A DNA stretch of 64,000 nucleotides from Candidatus Amulumruptor caecigallinarius (GTDB lineage: Bacteria; Bacteroidota; Bacteroidia; Bacteroidales; Muribaculaceae), in the NCBI GenBank assembly GCA_023665605.1, contig JAMPDP010000001.1:456115-520114 (forward strand). Direction: 5' to 3'. The translations under genes were made by a program, and so were the position numbers. Numbering within the stretch: the first letter of the stretch is position 1; each line of letters starts with the position of its first letter. The notes under the pieces are model-generated. The model worked only from the letters and a program-made list of their open reading frames with translations. It was not told where the DNA came from and did not search any database. Shown piece by piece: positions 39,455 through 49,438 of the stretch.

Positions 39455-41480
39455 TTGTCGTGCTGTTCGTCACTCGGGCGCGCATGGAGTCAACGGCCAC
39501 ATAGACTATCAACGCTATGTAAACAATCACGCCAAGCATCTGGTTGAGACCTTCTCCCATCGGACAGCTATACTCGAAGCCGCAGAAGCGGGTCAGCGCC
39601 GCAAACACCCCGAAGAGTGCCCCGCCGGCTATCAGGCCGGAGGCTATCAGGGTACCCCGGTCGCGACGGGCATCATTCAGAGCCTTGTCGGTGGAGCGCG
39701 TTGACACGAACCATGCTATCGCACCACCAACAAGCAGCGGGGTGTTAAGCCCTAACGGTATGAACATGCCCAGACAGAACGCCAGCGCCGGCACCCCGAG
39801 CCAGTTCAGAAGCAGCGCCAGAATGGCTCCGGTCATATAGAGTATCCACGGGGTGTCGCCACCCATCATCAGCGGCTCTATCACCTTGGCCATGGCATTG
39901 GCCTGAGGAGCCACAAGGGCATTGGACCCGGTAAAGCCATACACCTGATTGAGCAGCAGTATAACGCCACCAACCGTGGCGGCTGACACCAGCGTGCCGA
40001 GGAACTTCCAGCTCTCCTGCTTGCGCGGAGTGGAGCCAAGCCAATAGCCCACCTTCAGGTCGGTGACGAAGCCGCCGGCCATCGACAGAGCCGTGCACAC
40101 CACGCCGCCTATCACCATCGAGGCCACGATGCCTGAGGTGCCGCTCATACCGATGGCCACGAAGATGGCCGACGCGGCAATAAGGGTCATCAGCGTCATG
40201 CCGCTTACGGGATTGCTGCCCACAATGGCTATCGCATTGGCAGCCACGGTGGTAAACAGGAAGGCTATCACTGTCACCACAACCCAGGCCACGAGAGCCT
40301 GCCAGAAGTTGTGAATCACGCCGAACCAGAAGAACAGCAGCACGGCTGTCAGGGCAATAGCTATGTATGCCACGATATGCTTCATGGAGATGTCGGTCTG
40401 CCAGCGCACGGTCTTTGCTGTGGTGGTTCCACCGCTGATTTCGCGCGTAGCCAGTCCCACGGCCTGCACTATGATGCCCCAGCTCTTCACTATGCCTATC
40501 ACGCCGGCCATCGCAATGCCGCCTATGCCTATCAGGCGCGCGTAATCGCTGAATATCGCCTGCGGAGCCATAGCGGTGATGTCTGGTGCGCCATAGGTAC
40601 CCATCAGCGGGATTATCACCCACCACACGAACAGCGACCCGGCGCATATCACAAAGGCGTAGCGTATACCCACTATATAGCCCAGGCCTAACAGCGCCGC
40701 TCCGGTATTGCACGTCAGCACCACCTTCGCCTTCTCGGCAAGCGCCGTGCCCCACGAGGTAGCCGTGGTGGTCAGTGTCCCGGCCCAGAACCCGAAGGTC
40801 TCCACGATGTAGTCATACAGGCCGCCTATCAGACTGGCTATCACCAGTGTGAGAGCCTGACCACCTTTGGCTTTCGCGCCATCGGCATTCCCCGCCGGCG
40901 CGCTGGCAAGCACCTGAGCAGTAGCCGTGGCCTCAGGGAAGGGATACTTGCCGTGCATATCCTTGACAAAGTATTTGCGGAACGGGATGAAAAACAGTAT
41001 GCCCAACACTCCGCCCAACAGCGAGCTCAGGAAAATCTCCAGAAAGTCCACCGTGATATCGGGATACGCAGCCTGGAGGATGTAGAGCGCCGGAAGGGTG
41101 AAGATGGCTCCCGCAACTATCACCCCGGAGCATCCGCCGATACTCTGGATTATCACGTTCTGCCCCAAGGGGTTTTTCTTCTTGAGTGCCCCGCTGAGGC
41201 CCACGGCGATGATGGCGATAGGGATAGCCGCCTCAAACACCTGCCCCACGCGTAGACCCAGATAGGCCGCCGCAGCACTGAAGATGACGGCAAGCACCAG
41301 ACCCAGCGTCACCGAGTAAGGAGTCACCTCGCGGTAATCACGCGCAGGATGCATCAGCGGACGGTAATGCTCGTCGGCTCCGAGCTCTCGGAAAGCGTTT
41401 TCCGGAAGCTGCACCGGGTCAGCATCCATGTAAAGCTCCCTCTCGGCGGTAGCCTCCGGTGATAGGTTATCGGATTTCAT
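39447..41480 (-). CDS. OPT-family oligopeptide transporter
   Basis: 677 aa polytopic membrane protein with an OPT-like signature. Confidence 0.75.
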   Translation of the reverse strand: MKSDNLSPEATAERELYMDADPVQLPENAFRELGADEHYRPLMHPARDYREVTPYSVTLGLVLAVIFSAAAAYLGLRVGQVFEAAIPIAIIAVGLSGALKKKNPLGQNVIIQSIGGCSGVIVAGAIFTLPALYILQAAYPDITVDFLEIFLSSLLGGVLGILFFIPFRKYFVKDMHGKYPFPEATATAQVLASAPAGNADGAKAKGGQALTLVIASLIGGLYDYIVETFGFWAGTLTTTATSWGTALAEKAKVVLTCNTGAALLGLGYIVGIRYAFVICAGSLFVWWVIIPLMGTYGAPDITAMAPQAIFSDYARLIGIGGIAMAGVIGIVKSWGIIVQAVGLATREISGGTTTAKTVRWQTDISMKHIVAYIAIALTAVLLFFWFGVIHNFWQALVAWVVVTVIAFLFTTVAANAIAIVGSNPVSGMTLMTLIAASAIFVAIGMSGTSGIVASMVIGGVVCTALSMAGGFVTDLKVGYWLGSTPRKQESWKFLGTLVSAATVGGVILLLNQVYGFTGSNALVAPQANAMAKVIEPLMMGGDTPWILYMTGAILALLLNWLGVPALAFCLGMFIPLGLNTPLLVGGAIAWFVSTRSTDKALNDARRDRGTLIASGLIAGGALFGVFAALTRFCGFEYSCPMGEGLNQMLGVIVYIALIVYVAVDSMRARVTNSTTIE

Positions 41481-41507
41481 GTGATGGATGGATATTGTTG
41501 TGATTGA

Positions 41508-41843
41508 TTATTGCTGTGTCGGTCCGGAAGCGCGGCCCAGAATTTCGAATGTGTCAACATAGACCTCTGTCACAGTGCGCTTTATAGCATTGCGATCCTC
41601 CCAGTAGCGAGTGCGAAGGCGCCCCTCCACATAGAGCTTCGTACCCTTGCGGATATACTTCTCGGCCACCTCGGCAGCAGGCCCCCACATCACTATATTG
41701 TGCCACTCGGTCATCTCGGCGCCACCCACACCCGTACGGTCTGACGTCGCCAGAGAGAACGTAGCTATCGGCTGACGACCCTCAAGGTAGCGCACCTCAG
41801 GGTCCCGGCCCACATTGCCCAGCAGAATTACTTTATTGACTGA
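41508..41843 (-). CDS. ssb: Single-stranded DNA-binding protein
   Basis: The start was trimmed to MSVNKVILLGNVGRDPEVRY (OB fold). Confidence 0.8.
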   Translation of the reverse strand, partial: SVNKVILLGNVGRDPEVRYLEGRQPIATFSLATSDRTGVGGAEMTEWHNIVMWGPAAEVAEKYIRKGTKLYVEGRLRTRYWEDRNAIKRTVTEVYVDTFEILGRASGPTQQ

Positions 41844-42084
41844 CATAAACTTCCGCAAAGTTACCAATTTAACCCCTTATAAAAAAGACCCGACCCCAAT
41901 CACCCCTCTCAAAAAGGAAGAAATAGCACCGGCTGAACATAATAAGAGAAACCGATTCAAAATGCACTATTCTCCTAAAAACCATTTATTATCAAACAAG
42001 CTATTAATTAGGCGATTGAATCCGCCAGCGGAAGCCGGTGCAGCAAAACCCCCTAAATGGACGGTGTTGCACAACCGCCTATGG

Positions 42085-42198
42085 AGCGTCCGCAGGACGC
42101 CGATTTACCGTAGCCCCGGAAGCCCAAGCGATAGCGCAGGCATCCGGGGTCATCGTCTGCATAGCAAAGGGCGTCCGCAGGACGCCGATTTACAACAT
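42085..42198 (+). repeat. Family-B intergenic repeat element, copy 1. The 23-bp direct repeat GCGTCCGCAGGACGCCGATTTAC flanks a TAGCCCCGGAAGCC...GGCATCCGGGGT stem-loop.
   Basis: Further copies lie at 50134-50248 and 54560-54668. Spurious ORFs that read through them share the GFRGYGKSASCGRS peptide. Confidence 0.85.
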
Positions 42199-42353
42199 CA
42201 TCCCGCCATAAGAGAGCCCCCACCTCCCCCAAAAAAGAAATTGGCTGTCTCACGACAACCAATCTTAGTTAACCTTAAATCTAATACCATGAAAAACACG
42301 TTGCAAATGTAAGGCCTTTATTTCAATTGTGCAAGTGTTTTGCCGAAAAAAGT

Positions 42354-43511
42354 TCACGGTTGCATTATTTTTTCCACTTTTTCTTGCATTTTATAACCTC
42401 GGAGCCCCGCCGCATGGCCCGGAAACACGTATTTCCGCATCCCCGCGCACTCAAGCAGCTGATACAGACCAAGGCTCCCGGCGGTTATCACGCAGGTCAT
42501 CACCAGCACAAACGGTATCCAGAGTATGTCATTCTGCGGCAGTTCCGGTAAGTAGTTCAAAATCACCACTCTGCCAATCCACAGATTGAAGAAGAAGTGA
42601 AACAGATAGATCGGCAGGGTGTTGCGCCCGATTATCGACAGCACTCGCCCCGCTCGGTTGCCGCCGTTAAGCACCCCTTTGCACCCTGACAGTGCCACAA
42701 ACACGCACACCGTCATCACCACAAACAGTGGCATGGTCCACGTAAAGTCACTGATGAACACAAACGACTCAGGGTAATGCAGATTAAGCAACACAAACAG
42801 CGTCAGAGCAACCGCAGCCGGCACCCACAATCGGGGAAACAACCGCCACACACGCTCTCTGTAAGCATGCACGAGCATCCCGGCAATGAAAAACGGCAGG
42901 TACCCCGACACGGAGTTGAGCAGCAGCAACAGCGTGTACTTGTTCAGCAACACCTCGGGATTCTCCATCAGCCGGTGCACATACACGGCCACCACACTCA
43001 GCAACAGCAGTATCACCGTCCCGGTCACGCGACCGCGTCTCCCGCTGTTTACCAGGCACACCAACGGCGTGCACAGCACGAACATCTCGAAGATGCCGAA
43101 CGTGTACCAGTAGCCCAACATCGAGCCGGTAAGCAACACATCCTTGGGCGTGTACGAATACACATGCATGAAACAGGGCGCATACAGCAGAAACATCAAC
43201 GCCGACGGCCAGATTATCAGCTTCAGCCGATGCAGCCATTGACTCTTCACAAGCTGTCGTACGTCAGGCACTATCCTTGCCGAGTACGCAAAGTAACCGC
43301 TGATGAACACAAACATCGGCATCCTTATCATCGACATCCATTTCGAGAACGCCATCCACCGACCGCACTCCACCTCAAAGTGCGCCATCACAACCAGCAG
43401 CATAGTCAGCCCGCGCAGGCAGTCTATCCACTCCTCGCGCACTGGCATGGAAGCGGCCTGACTCCCGCTGACATATGCGGCGCGGAGTTCTGCGGACTCG
43501 GTGGGGTTCAT
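42354..43511 (-). CDS. Acyltransferase-3 family (OafA-like) membrane O-acyltransferase
   Basis: Ten or more TM helices with an Acyl_transf_3 signature. 385 aa. Confidence 0.7.
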   Translation of the reverse strand: MNPTESAELRAAYVSGSQAASMPVREEWIDCLRGLTMLLVVMAHFEVECGRWMAFSKWMSMIRMPMFVFISGYFAYSARIVPDVRQLVKSQWLHRLKLIIWPSALMFLLYAPCFMHVYSYTPKDVLLTGSMLGYWYTFGIFEMFVLCTPLVCLVNSGRRGRVTGTVILLLLSVVAVYVHRLMENPEVLLNKYTLLLLLNSVSGYLPFFIAGMLVHAYRERVWRLFPRLWVPAAVALTLFVLLNLHYPESFVFISDFTWTMPLFVVMTVCVFVALSGCKGVLNGGNRAGRVLSIIGRNTLPIYLFHFFFNLWIGRVVILNYLPELPQNDILWIPFVLVMTCVITAGSLGLYQLLECAGMRKYVFPGHAAGLRGYKMQEKVEKIMQP

Positions 43512-43525
43512 CGGTTAGAGGATAA

Positions 43526-43567
43526 TTTCGTAGATTTGCACTCAGCTTTCGTAGATTTCCACTCAGC
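43526..43567. repeat. 21-bp tandem direct repeat x2 (TTTCGTAGATTTGCACTCAGC / TTTCGTAGATTTCCACTCAGC). It fills the divergent intergenic spacer and abuts the start of the ABC-SBP gene.
   Basis: Read directly from the sequence. Confidence 0.8.
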
Positions 43568-43568
43568 T

Positions 43569-44684
43569 ATGAATATATTACGTAATTTCTCCATAATTAT
43601 TGCCTTTGCGATCTTCGCCTCCGGCTGTTCGCGCCCGGCTGCATCCTCCCAGCCGGAGGGTGAAAAGCTCACCGGCGAAGCCACCCTCCTTGACATACGC
43701 GATATGGGCGGAAGCTACCTCGTCACCATCAAAAATCCCTGGGACACCTCTGCCATTCTCCACTCCTATCAGCTCGTGCCACGCGGCGGCGACGTCCCGC
43801 CCCGCCCGGGAGCAACCACTGTCCAGATTCCCCTCACGCGCAGCGTGGTCTACTCGGGTGTACACGGCAGTGCCATCAACGAGCTCGGCGCCACGCGCAA
43901 CATCATCGGCGTGGCTGACGCCGCTTACTTCACCCTCCCGGCCATCAAGGCGGCTCTCGTCACGGGGCGCATCAAGGACATCGGCCCCTCCACACGCCCC
44001 ATCATGGAGCGTCTGGTGGCTCTCCGCCCTGACGCCATCATCACTTCCCCCTATCAGAACGCCGGTTACGGCCCCCTCGAACAGCTTGACGTACCCATCA
44101 TCGAGATGGCTGACTACATGGAGAGCACTCCTCTGGGACGTGCGGAGTGGATCAAACTCCTCGGACTCCTCTACGGCGAGTACAACCGCGCAGACTCTCT
44201 CTACCATGCTGTATCACAGAGCTATAACGCCATAGCTGCCAAGGCGGCTACTCTCCCCTCTCATCCCAAGGTCATCACCGAACAGCTCATCAGCGGCGTG
44301 TGGGCATTACCCGGAGGACGCAGCTACAAGGCGCAGATGCTACGCGACGCCGGGGCCACATACCCCTGGAGCGATGACTCTTCGGCCGGCTCGCTCCAGC
44401 TGGATTTCAGCGCGGTCTTCGACAAGGCAGCGGACGCCGACTTCTGGTTTGTCACCTCCTACGGCTTTCCGCTCTCCCGTTCCACCCTTCGCGCTGACTA
44501 TCAGGGCAATGAACGCATCAAGGCATGGCGCGACGGCAATGTCTACACCTGCGACACCTCAGTAGTACCGCTCTTTGACGAGTTCCCCTTCCACCCCGAG
44601 AGGCTGTTGCAGGACTATGTGAGCATCATCCACGGCGAGGAGGCCACGGGCCTCTCTCCCCGCTATTTCCACAGAGCTGACTGA
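43569..44684 (+). CDS. ABC transporter periplasmic substrate-binding lipoprotein (BtuF / Fe-siderophore / heme class)
   Basis: The start was trimmed to MNILRNFSIIIAFAIFASGC (lipobox). Peripla_BP_2-like fold. It is followed by a FecCD permease and an ATPase. Confidence 0.75.
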   Translation: MNILRNFSIIIAFAIFASGCSRPAASSQPEGEKLTGEATLLDIRDMGGSYLVTIKNPWDTSAILHSYQLVPRGGDVPPRPGATTVQIPLTRSVVYSGVHGSAINELGATRNIIGVADAAYFTLPAIKAALVTGRIKDIGPSTRPIMERLVALRPDAIITSPYQNAGYGPLEQLDVPIIEMADYMESTPLGRAEWIKLLGLLYGEYNRADSLYHAVSQSYNAIAAKAATLPSHPKVITEQLISGVWALPGGRSYKAQMLRDAGATYPWSDDSSAGSLQLDFSAVFDKAADADFWFVTSYGFPLSRSTLRADYQGNERIKAWRDGNVYTCDTSVVPLFDEFPFHPERLLQDYVSIIHGEEATGLSPRYFHRAD

Positions 44685-44691
44685 ACGCGCC

Positions 44692-45753
44692 ATGCTCGCC
44701 TCTCCGGCCTCTACCACCGCTTGCTCTGCTCCCGACCCCTCTTCACGCCGGCTCTCGCTGCTGATGTGGGGACTCGTGGCCATACTGCTCTTGCTCGTGG
44801 TCGCTGTGCTCCTGGTAGGCTCGGTGGCTATCTCTCCCGCTGAGGTTTGGCGCGCGCTGGTCTATGGCGGCGACGACCCCGCAGCGGTAATCATCCGCTA
44901 TTCGCGCCTTCCTACGGCTGTCTCGGCTCTTCTTGCCGGACCGGCTCTTGCCATCGCCGGACTGCAGATGCAGACCACCTTCGACAATCCTCTCGCCGGC
45001 CCCTCTATCCTCGGGGTCTCATCGGGGGCGAGCCTCGGTGTGGCGGTGGCACTACTCGGCTTTGGCGGCTCTCTCGCTGCGGGCATGGGCATGGCGCTCA
45101 CGGCCATAATCGGAGCCTTCGCCGGCGCGGCACTCATCATCCTATTGCTACTCGCATTCTCACGACTCGTAGTGTCCTCCACCATGCTCCTCATCGTGGG
45201 CATCATCATCGGCTACCTCACATCGTCGCTCATCAGCCTGCTCAACTTCTTTGCCACGCAGGAGGGGGTGCACTCCTTTGTTATATGGGGTCTCGGCAGC
45301 TTCGGCGGCATGACCCCTGACCGGCTCTCTCTCTTTGTCCCGCTGGTATGCTTCTTCATCGCCGCATCTTTCCTCATGGTCAAACCTCTCGATGCGCTGC
45401 AGCTTGGCGACAATTACGCCTCTAACCTCGGTGTCAACGTCCGCCGCGCCCGCGGACTGCTCCTCTTTGTCAGCGGGGCGCTCACGGCCATCATCACGGC
45501 TTATTGCGGCCCGATTGCCTTCGTTGGGCTCATCGTCCCCCACATCGCGCGCTTGCTCACACGCACGGCCTCTCACCTCCCGCTCATGCTCGCCACGGCG
45601 CTCTGCGGAGCCATCGTCACCCTCCTCTGCCAACTACTGAGCGTCCTCCCCGCATCCGGCACCATCCCGGTCAACGCCATCACTCCTCTCATCGGTGCCC
45701 CGGTGATTCTCTACGTCATCGTCAACCGCCGCAAAATCTTCTACCTCCGATGA
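44692..45753 (+). CDS. FecCD-family ABC permease
   Basis: 353 aa with a BtuC/FecCD signature. Confidence 0.8.
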   Translation: MLASPASTTACSAPDPSSRRLSLLMWGLVAILLLLVVAVLLVGSVAISPAEVWRALVYGGDDPAAVIIRYSRLPTAVSALLAGPALAIAGLQMQTTFDNPLAGPSILGVSSGASLGVAVALLGFGGSLAAGMGMALTAIIGAFAGAALIILLLLAFSRLVVSSTMLLIVGIIIGYLTSSLISLLNFFATQEGVHSFVIWGLGSFGGMTPDRLSLFVPLVCFFIAASFLMVKPLDALQLGDNYASNLGVNVRRARGLLLFVSGALTAIITAYCGPIAFVGLIVPHIARLLTRTASHLPLMLATALCGAIVTLLCQLLSVLPASGTIPVNAITPLIGAPVILYVIVNRRKIFYLR

Positions 45754-46574
45754 TTTCCACCTCACGGCTGTCCGTTGGCTACCGCTCTTCACGGCGCACA
45801 CGCCTACTCCTGTCTGACGTCAACATCTCTCTCGCACCGGGGCTCACTGCCCTGCTCGGAGGCAACGGGCGCGGCAAGAGCACACTCATGCGCACCTTGG
45901 CAGGCCTCCAATCTCCCCTCGCCGGCTCGGTGACGGTCGACGGTGTGCCACTCTCTGACCTTTCCCCCGCGGAGCTGGCGCGCCGACTGACCATCGTCAC
46001 GGGCAGCTCGGCCGGAGCCGGAGCCTTCACAGTGGAAGAGCTGGTGGCCATGGGCCGATACCCCTACACGGGCTTCTTCGGTCGCAAGAGCCCACGTGAC
46101 CGCAAGGCCATCGCCCGCGCCATGGAGCTTACCGGCATCACATCCCTACGCACGCGCCATGTCGGCTCGCTTTCCGACGGCGAGCGCCAGAAGGCCCTCA
46201 TTGCCAAGGCCCTCGCCCAAGACACCCCGACAATCCTCCTCGACGAGCCCACGGCATACCTCGATGTGGCCGCGCGCCTCGAGCTCCTCGCCCTCTTAGC
46301 CCAAATCGCACATGCCGACAACCGCGACATCCTCCTCAGCACCCACGACATAGCCCCCACTCTCCCCATAGCCGACACGCTCTGGCTGATGCTCCCCAAC
46401 TCCCCCGAATCATCCGACACCTCCACCCCTCCCGAAACCCCCGAATCCACCCTGATAACCGGCACTCCGGCAACCCTAACCGCCGACGGCTCCCTCGACC
46501 GCCTCTTCCCCAAGACTCCAATCCACTTCGACCCCCGCCGCGGCGACTTCATCCTAACAACCCCGCACTGCTGA
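45750..46574 (+). CDS. ABC transporter ATP-binding protein (iron/B12 importer ATPase)
   Basis: The start was trimmed to MISTSRLSV. Walker A GGNGRGKST. The start overlaps the permease stop (ATGA). Confidence 0.8.
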   Translation: MISTSRLSVGYRSSRRTRLLLSDVNISLAPGLTALLGGNGRGKSTLMRTLAGLQSPLAGSVTVDGVPLSDLSPAELARRLTIVTGSSAGAGAFTVEELVAMGRYPYTGFFGRKSPRDRKAIARAMELTGITSLRTRHVGSLSDGERQKALIAKALAQDTPTILLDEPTAYLDVAARLELLALLAQIAHADNRDILLSTHDIAPTLPIADTLWLMLPNSPESSDTSTPPETPESTLITGTPATLTADGSLDRLFPKTPIHFDPRRGDFILTTPHC

Positions 46575-46599
46575 TGTCTTATATCCCCCCAATGCGGAC

Positions 46600-46725
46600 G
46601 AGGTGCAAAACCATCAGCTTGTAGGGATGCACCGTGGTGCATCCGGCGCAACAACCTGTGAATCAGCGGATGCACCACGGTGCATCCCTACAAATTGACG
46701 GAAATTGCCGGTTTTGCAACACTCT
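46600..46725 (+). repeat. Family-A palindromic repeat, copy 2
   Basis: See copy 1. The left TIR has the variant GAGGTGCAAAACC. Confidence 0.85.
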
Positions 46726-46812
46726 CGATTTACAACGTCAAATCTCGGCTTGTGCCGTAATTTTTCCTCACTTTACCGCAATTTTCGTAAATTTGCGCAA
46801 TACTCACGCCCG

Positions 46813-47529
46813 ATGATCTCCATCCGCAACATCTCTAAGGCCTACGGCACCCTGCGCGTCCTCGACGATGTCTCGCTCGACATCGCTGATGCCGAGGTGC
46901 TCGCCATTGTGGGCCCCAGCGGTGCCGGAAAAACCACCCTCCTGCAGATCATGGGCACCATCGAGAAGCCTGACTCCGGCGAGGTCGCTTACGGCTCTAC
47001 TCTCGCCACGTCCCTCTCGGGCGCGCGCCTGGCGCGCTTCCGCAACGCCAACATCGGCTTCGTATTCCAGTATCACCGGCTCCTCCCGGAGTTCTCACTC
47101 CTCGAAAACATCATGATGCCGGCTCTCATCGGCGGCTCCACGCGCAAGGCGGCCGAGGCTCACGCCCGCGAGCTGGCCGATACCCTCGGCCTCGCCAAAC
47201 GGCTCTCCCACCGCCCCGCTGAGCTCTCGGGCGGCGAGTGCCAGCGTGCCGCTGTGGCTCGCGCTCTCATCAACAACCCTATGGTGGTGCTCGCCGACGA
47301 ACCCTCCGGCTCACTCGACTCCCGCAACCGCCGCGAGCTCCACACGCTATTCTTCGACCTCCGCCGCTCCCTGGGGCAGACTTTCGTCATCGTAACCCAC
47401 GATGAGGCGCTCGCCGCTGACTGTGACCGCATTGTCCACCTGCGCGACGGACGCATCGAGGGGGTCACCGACAATGCGCCATCGCTCCCCGCGGACTCCC
47501 CGCTCCTCCCCGCCCAACTCTCGCTCTGA
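46813..47529 (+). CDS. LolD-like ABC transporter ATP-binding protein. It is an orphan: no permease is adjacent.
   Basis: The start was trimmed to MISIRNISKAYG. Walker A GPSGAGKTT, signature LSGGECQR. Confidence 0.75.
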   Translation: MISIRNISKAYGTLRVLDDVSLDIADAEVLAIVGPSGAGKTTLLQIMGTIEKPDSGEVAYGSTLATSLSGARLARFRNANIGFVFQYHRLLPEFSLLENIMMPALIGGSTRKAAEAHARELADTLGLAKRLSHRPAELSGGECQRAAVARALINNPMVVLADEPSGSLDSRNRRELHTLFFDLRRSLGQTFVIVTHDEALAADCDRIVHLRDGRIEGVTDNAPSLPADSPLLPAQLSL

Positions 47530-47562
47530 CTCTCTCTCCACCAATCATCACCACTCTCACCA

Positions 47563-48306
47563 ATGCCCGCTCACCGCTTCCTCTCCACGTTCTGCCACCT
47601 GCGCACGGCTGCCCTCTCTTTGGCAGTGGCACTCTTTGCGCTCTACGGTTGCGCGGACTATGACGATGGCCCGGAGTCGGCACAGCCCACCGTCACCAAC
47701 ATCGTCACCTTCATGGGCAACAATCCGCAGGGCCTCGCCACGTTCCACTTCTACCCCGCCGGCACCGCAACGCCCCTGGAGCTCACGGCTGACCGTCCCC
47801 TCGACTCTGAGGCCGCTGACTTCCCCTGTCTCGCCACTTACATACCCCTCTCGGGCGAACCCCTCGCATCCGGACCGGTGATGCTCCTCAGCTGCTCGAT
47901 TATCAACGACATACACGCCGAGACCGTTCCCCTCGACCGCTTCAACGCATGGTGGGACGCCACCCCCCTGACGGTCCGCTCACTATGGGCTGCCGGCCCG
48001 TACATCAACCTTGACTGCCTCATACCCTACGGCGAGGCCGCTCGTGACCTCCGCTTCTTCATTCTGGAGGTAACTGACCCGGACTCGGGCGAGGAGCTCA
48101 CTGACCTTGACTCTTACGATGCTTTCATTGCTCATCGCGCCGACACGGGCCCCACTTTCGACCGCCAATATTACATCTCTTTTGACCTGCGCGACTTCCT
48201 CGACTCTCACCCGCGTGTATCCTCGCTGCGCGTCCATGTCAACGACGCTGCCGCCGCATCATCCCCCGCCATATTCGTCATCACCATACCCCGCGCTGCT
48301 CTCTGA
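47563..48306 (+). CDS. Hypothetical lipoprotein
   Basis: Possible lipobox (LFALYGC|AD). 247 aa. I recognise no motif. Confidence 0.45.
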   Translation: MPAHRFLSTFCHLRTAALSLAVALFALYGCADYDDGPESAQPTVTNIVTFMGNNPQGLATFHFYPAGTATPLELTADRPLDSEAADFPCLATYIPLSGEPLASGPVMLLSCSIINDIHAETVPLDRFNAWWDATPLTVRSLWAAGPYINLDCLIPYGEAARDLRFFILEVTDPDSGEELTDLDSYDAFIAHRADTGPTFDRQYYISFDLRDFLDSHPRVSSLRVHVNDAAAASSPAIFVITIPRAAL

Positions 48307-48351
48307 CACTCCCGCTCTCTCCACCACTCACATCTCACAAACCACGCTCAC

Positions 48352-49344
48352 ATGCCCACTCCCGACAATCCCGCCACCCTGCACAGCGCCCCGGTCTGGT
48401 TCCGGCCGCTCGTGAAACCCGTCATCTGGGGAGGCGACTACATCCGCTACTTCAAGCGGCTGCACCACGAGACCTCGGCTCAGATCGGCGAGTCGTGGGA
48501 GGTCAGCGGCATTGAGGGCGACGAGAGCGTGGTCGACGGCGGCGACGATGACGGACTTACACTCTCACAACTCATTGACCGTCACGGGGCGGCTCTCGTA
48601 GGACGCAAGGTGCTGGAGCGGTTCGGCAACCGCTTCCCAATTCTGGTGAAATACATTGATGCCGCTCGCGACCTCTCGGTGCAGGTTCACCCTGACGATG
48701 ACCTCGCTTCTTCGCTCGGCTACTCCAACGGCAAGAACGAGATGTGGCACGTGATGCGCTCCGGCGGCGGCGCCAAGATCTACGCAGGGTTCCGCCGCCA
48801 GGTCTCCCCCGACGAATATGACTCGGCCGTGGACGACAAGTCCATCATGGACCTGGTCAAGACACACCGCTCGCGCCCCGGCGACACCTTCCACCTCCCC
48901 GCCGGCACCATCCACGCCATCGGTGCCGGTAATTTCCTCATTGAGGTGCAGCAGGCTTCTGATGTCACATTCCGTGTCTACGACTATGACCGCCGCGATG
49001 CAAGCGGCTCACCCCGAGAGCTGCACACTGACCTCGCACGCCGCGCCATGAAGTTCGCCCCCGCCGAGGTCGGCCCCTACCGCCTCGACCGCAACCCGGC
49101 CCCCGACACCATCCTCCTTGACGCCGACTGGGCACGCGTCGTCCGCCACCGTGTCGACTCTCCACGCGTCATCGGCTTCCCCGCCGACTCTTTCACCATC
49201 CTCTGCTGCATCGAGGGCGAAATCGGCGTCAGCTACCCCGGCCACTCCTTCAACCTTGAGAGCGGCCACACATGCCTCATCCCCGCCACCGTCACCGCCA
49301 TGCACTTCACAGGCCGCGGCTCGGTAATCTCCATCACGGCCTGA
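48352..49344 (+). CDS. manA: Class I mannose-6-phosphate isomerase
   Basis: Cupin PMI motifs (QVHPDD, HAIGAGNFLIEVQQASDVTFRVYDY). 330 aa. Confidence 0.72.
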   Translation: MPTPDNPATLHSAPVWFRPLVKPVIWGGDYIRYFKRLHHETSAQIGESWEVSGIEGDESVVDGGDDDGLTLSQLIDRHGAALVGRKVLERFGNRFPILVKYIDAARDLSVQVHPDDDLASSLGYSNGKNEMWHVMRSGGGAKIYAGFRRQVSPDEYDSAVDDKSIMDLVKTHRSRPGDTFHLPAGTIHAIGAGNFLIEVQQASDVTFRVYDYDRRDASGSPRELHTDLARRAMKFAPAEVGPYRLDRNPAPDTILLDADWARVVRHRVDSPRVIGFPADSFTILCCIEGEIGVSYPGHSFNLESGHTCLIPATVTAMHFTGRGSVISITA

Positions 49345-49438
49345 CCTCCCTCCCCACGCCGCCGGGTGAACCATCCCGCGCACCACCGCGTTAATTTCAT
49401 AGCTTCACAAGTATAATCTTACACCTTATTATATAGCT

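Noticed and set aside
39745-40755. Antisense ORFs inside the OPT transporter gene (336 aa, 39745-40755) and the MATE gene (186 aa, 38418-38978).
   Set aside because: They lie fully inside well-supported transporter genes. They are Arg/Gly/His-rich with no features, which is typical of GC-rich antisense artefacts.
42777-43568. The 5' extension of the 635-aa track ORF 42777-44684.
   Set aside because: The first roughly 264 codons run antisense through the acyltransferase gene. The real gene is the lipoprotein starting at MNILRNF (43569), which has a lipobox.
46813-47529. The orphan LolD-like ABC ATPase as a possible novel system.
   Set aside because: In Bacteroidota the LolD/MacB-type ATPase gene is commonly unlinked from its permease. 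It has standard motifs and nothing unusual besides the adjacent repeat.
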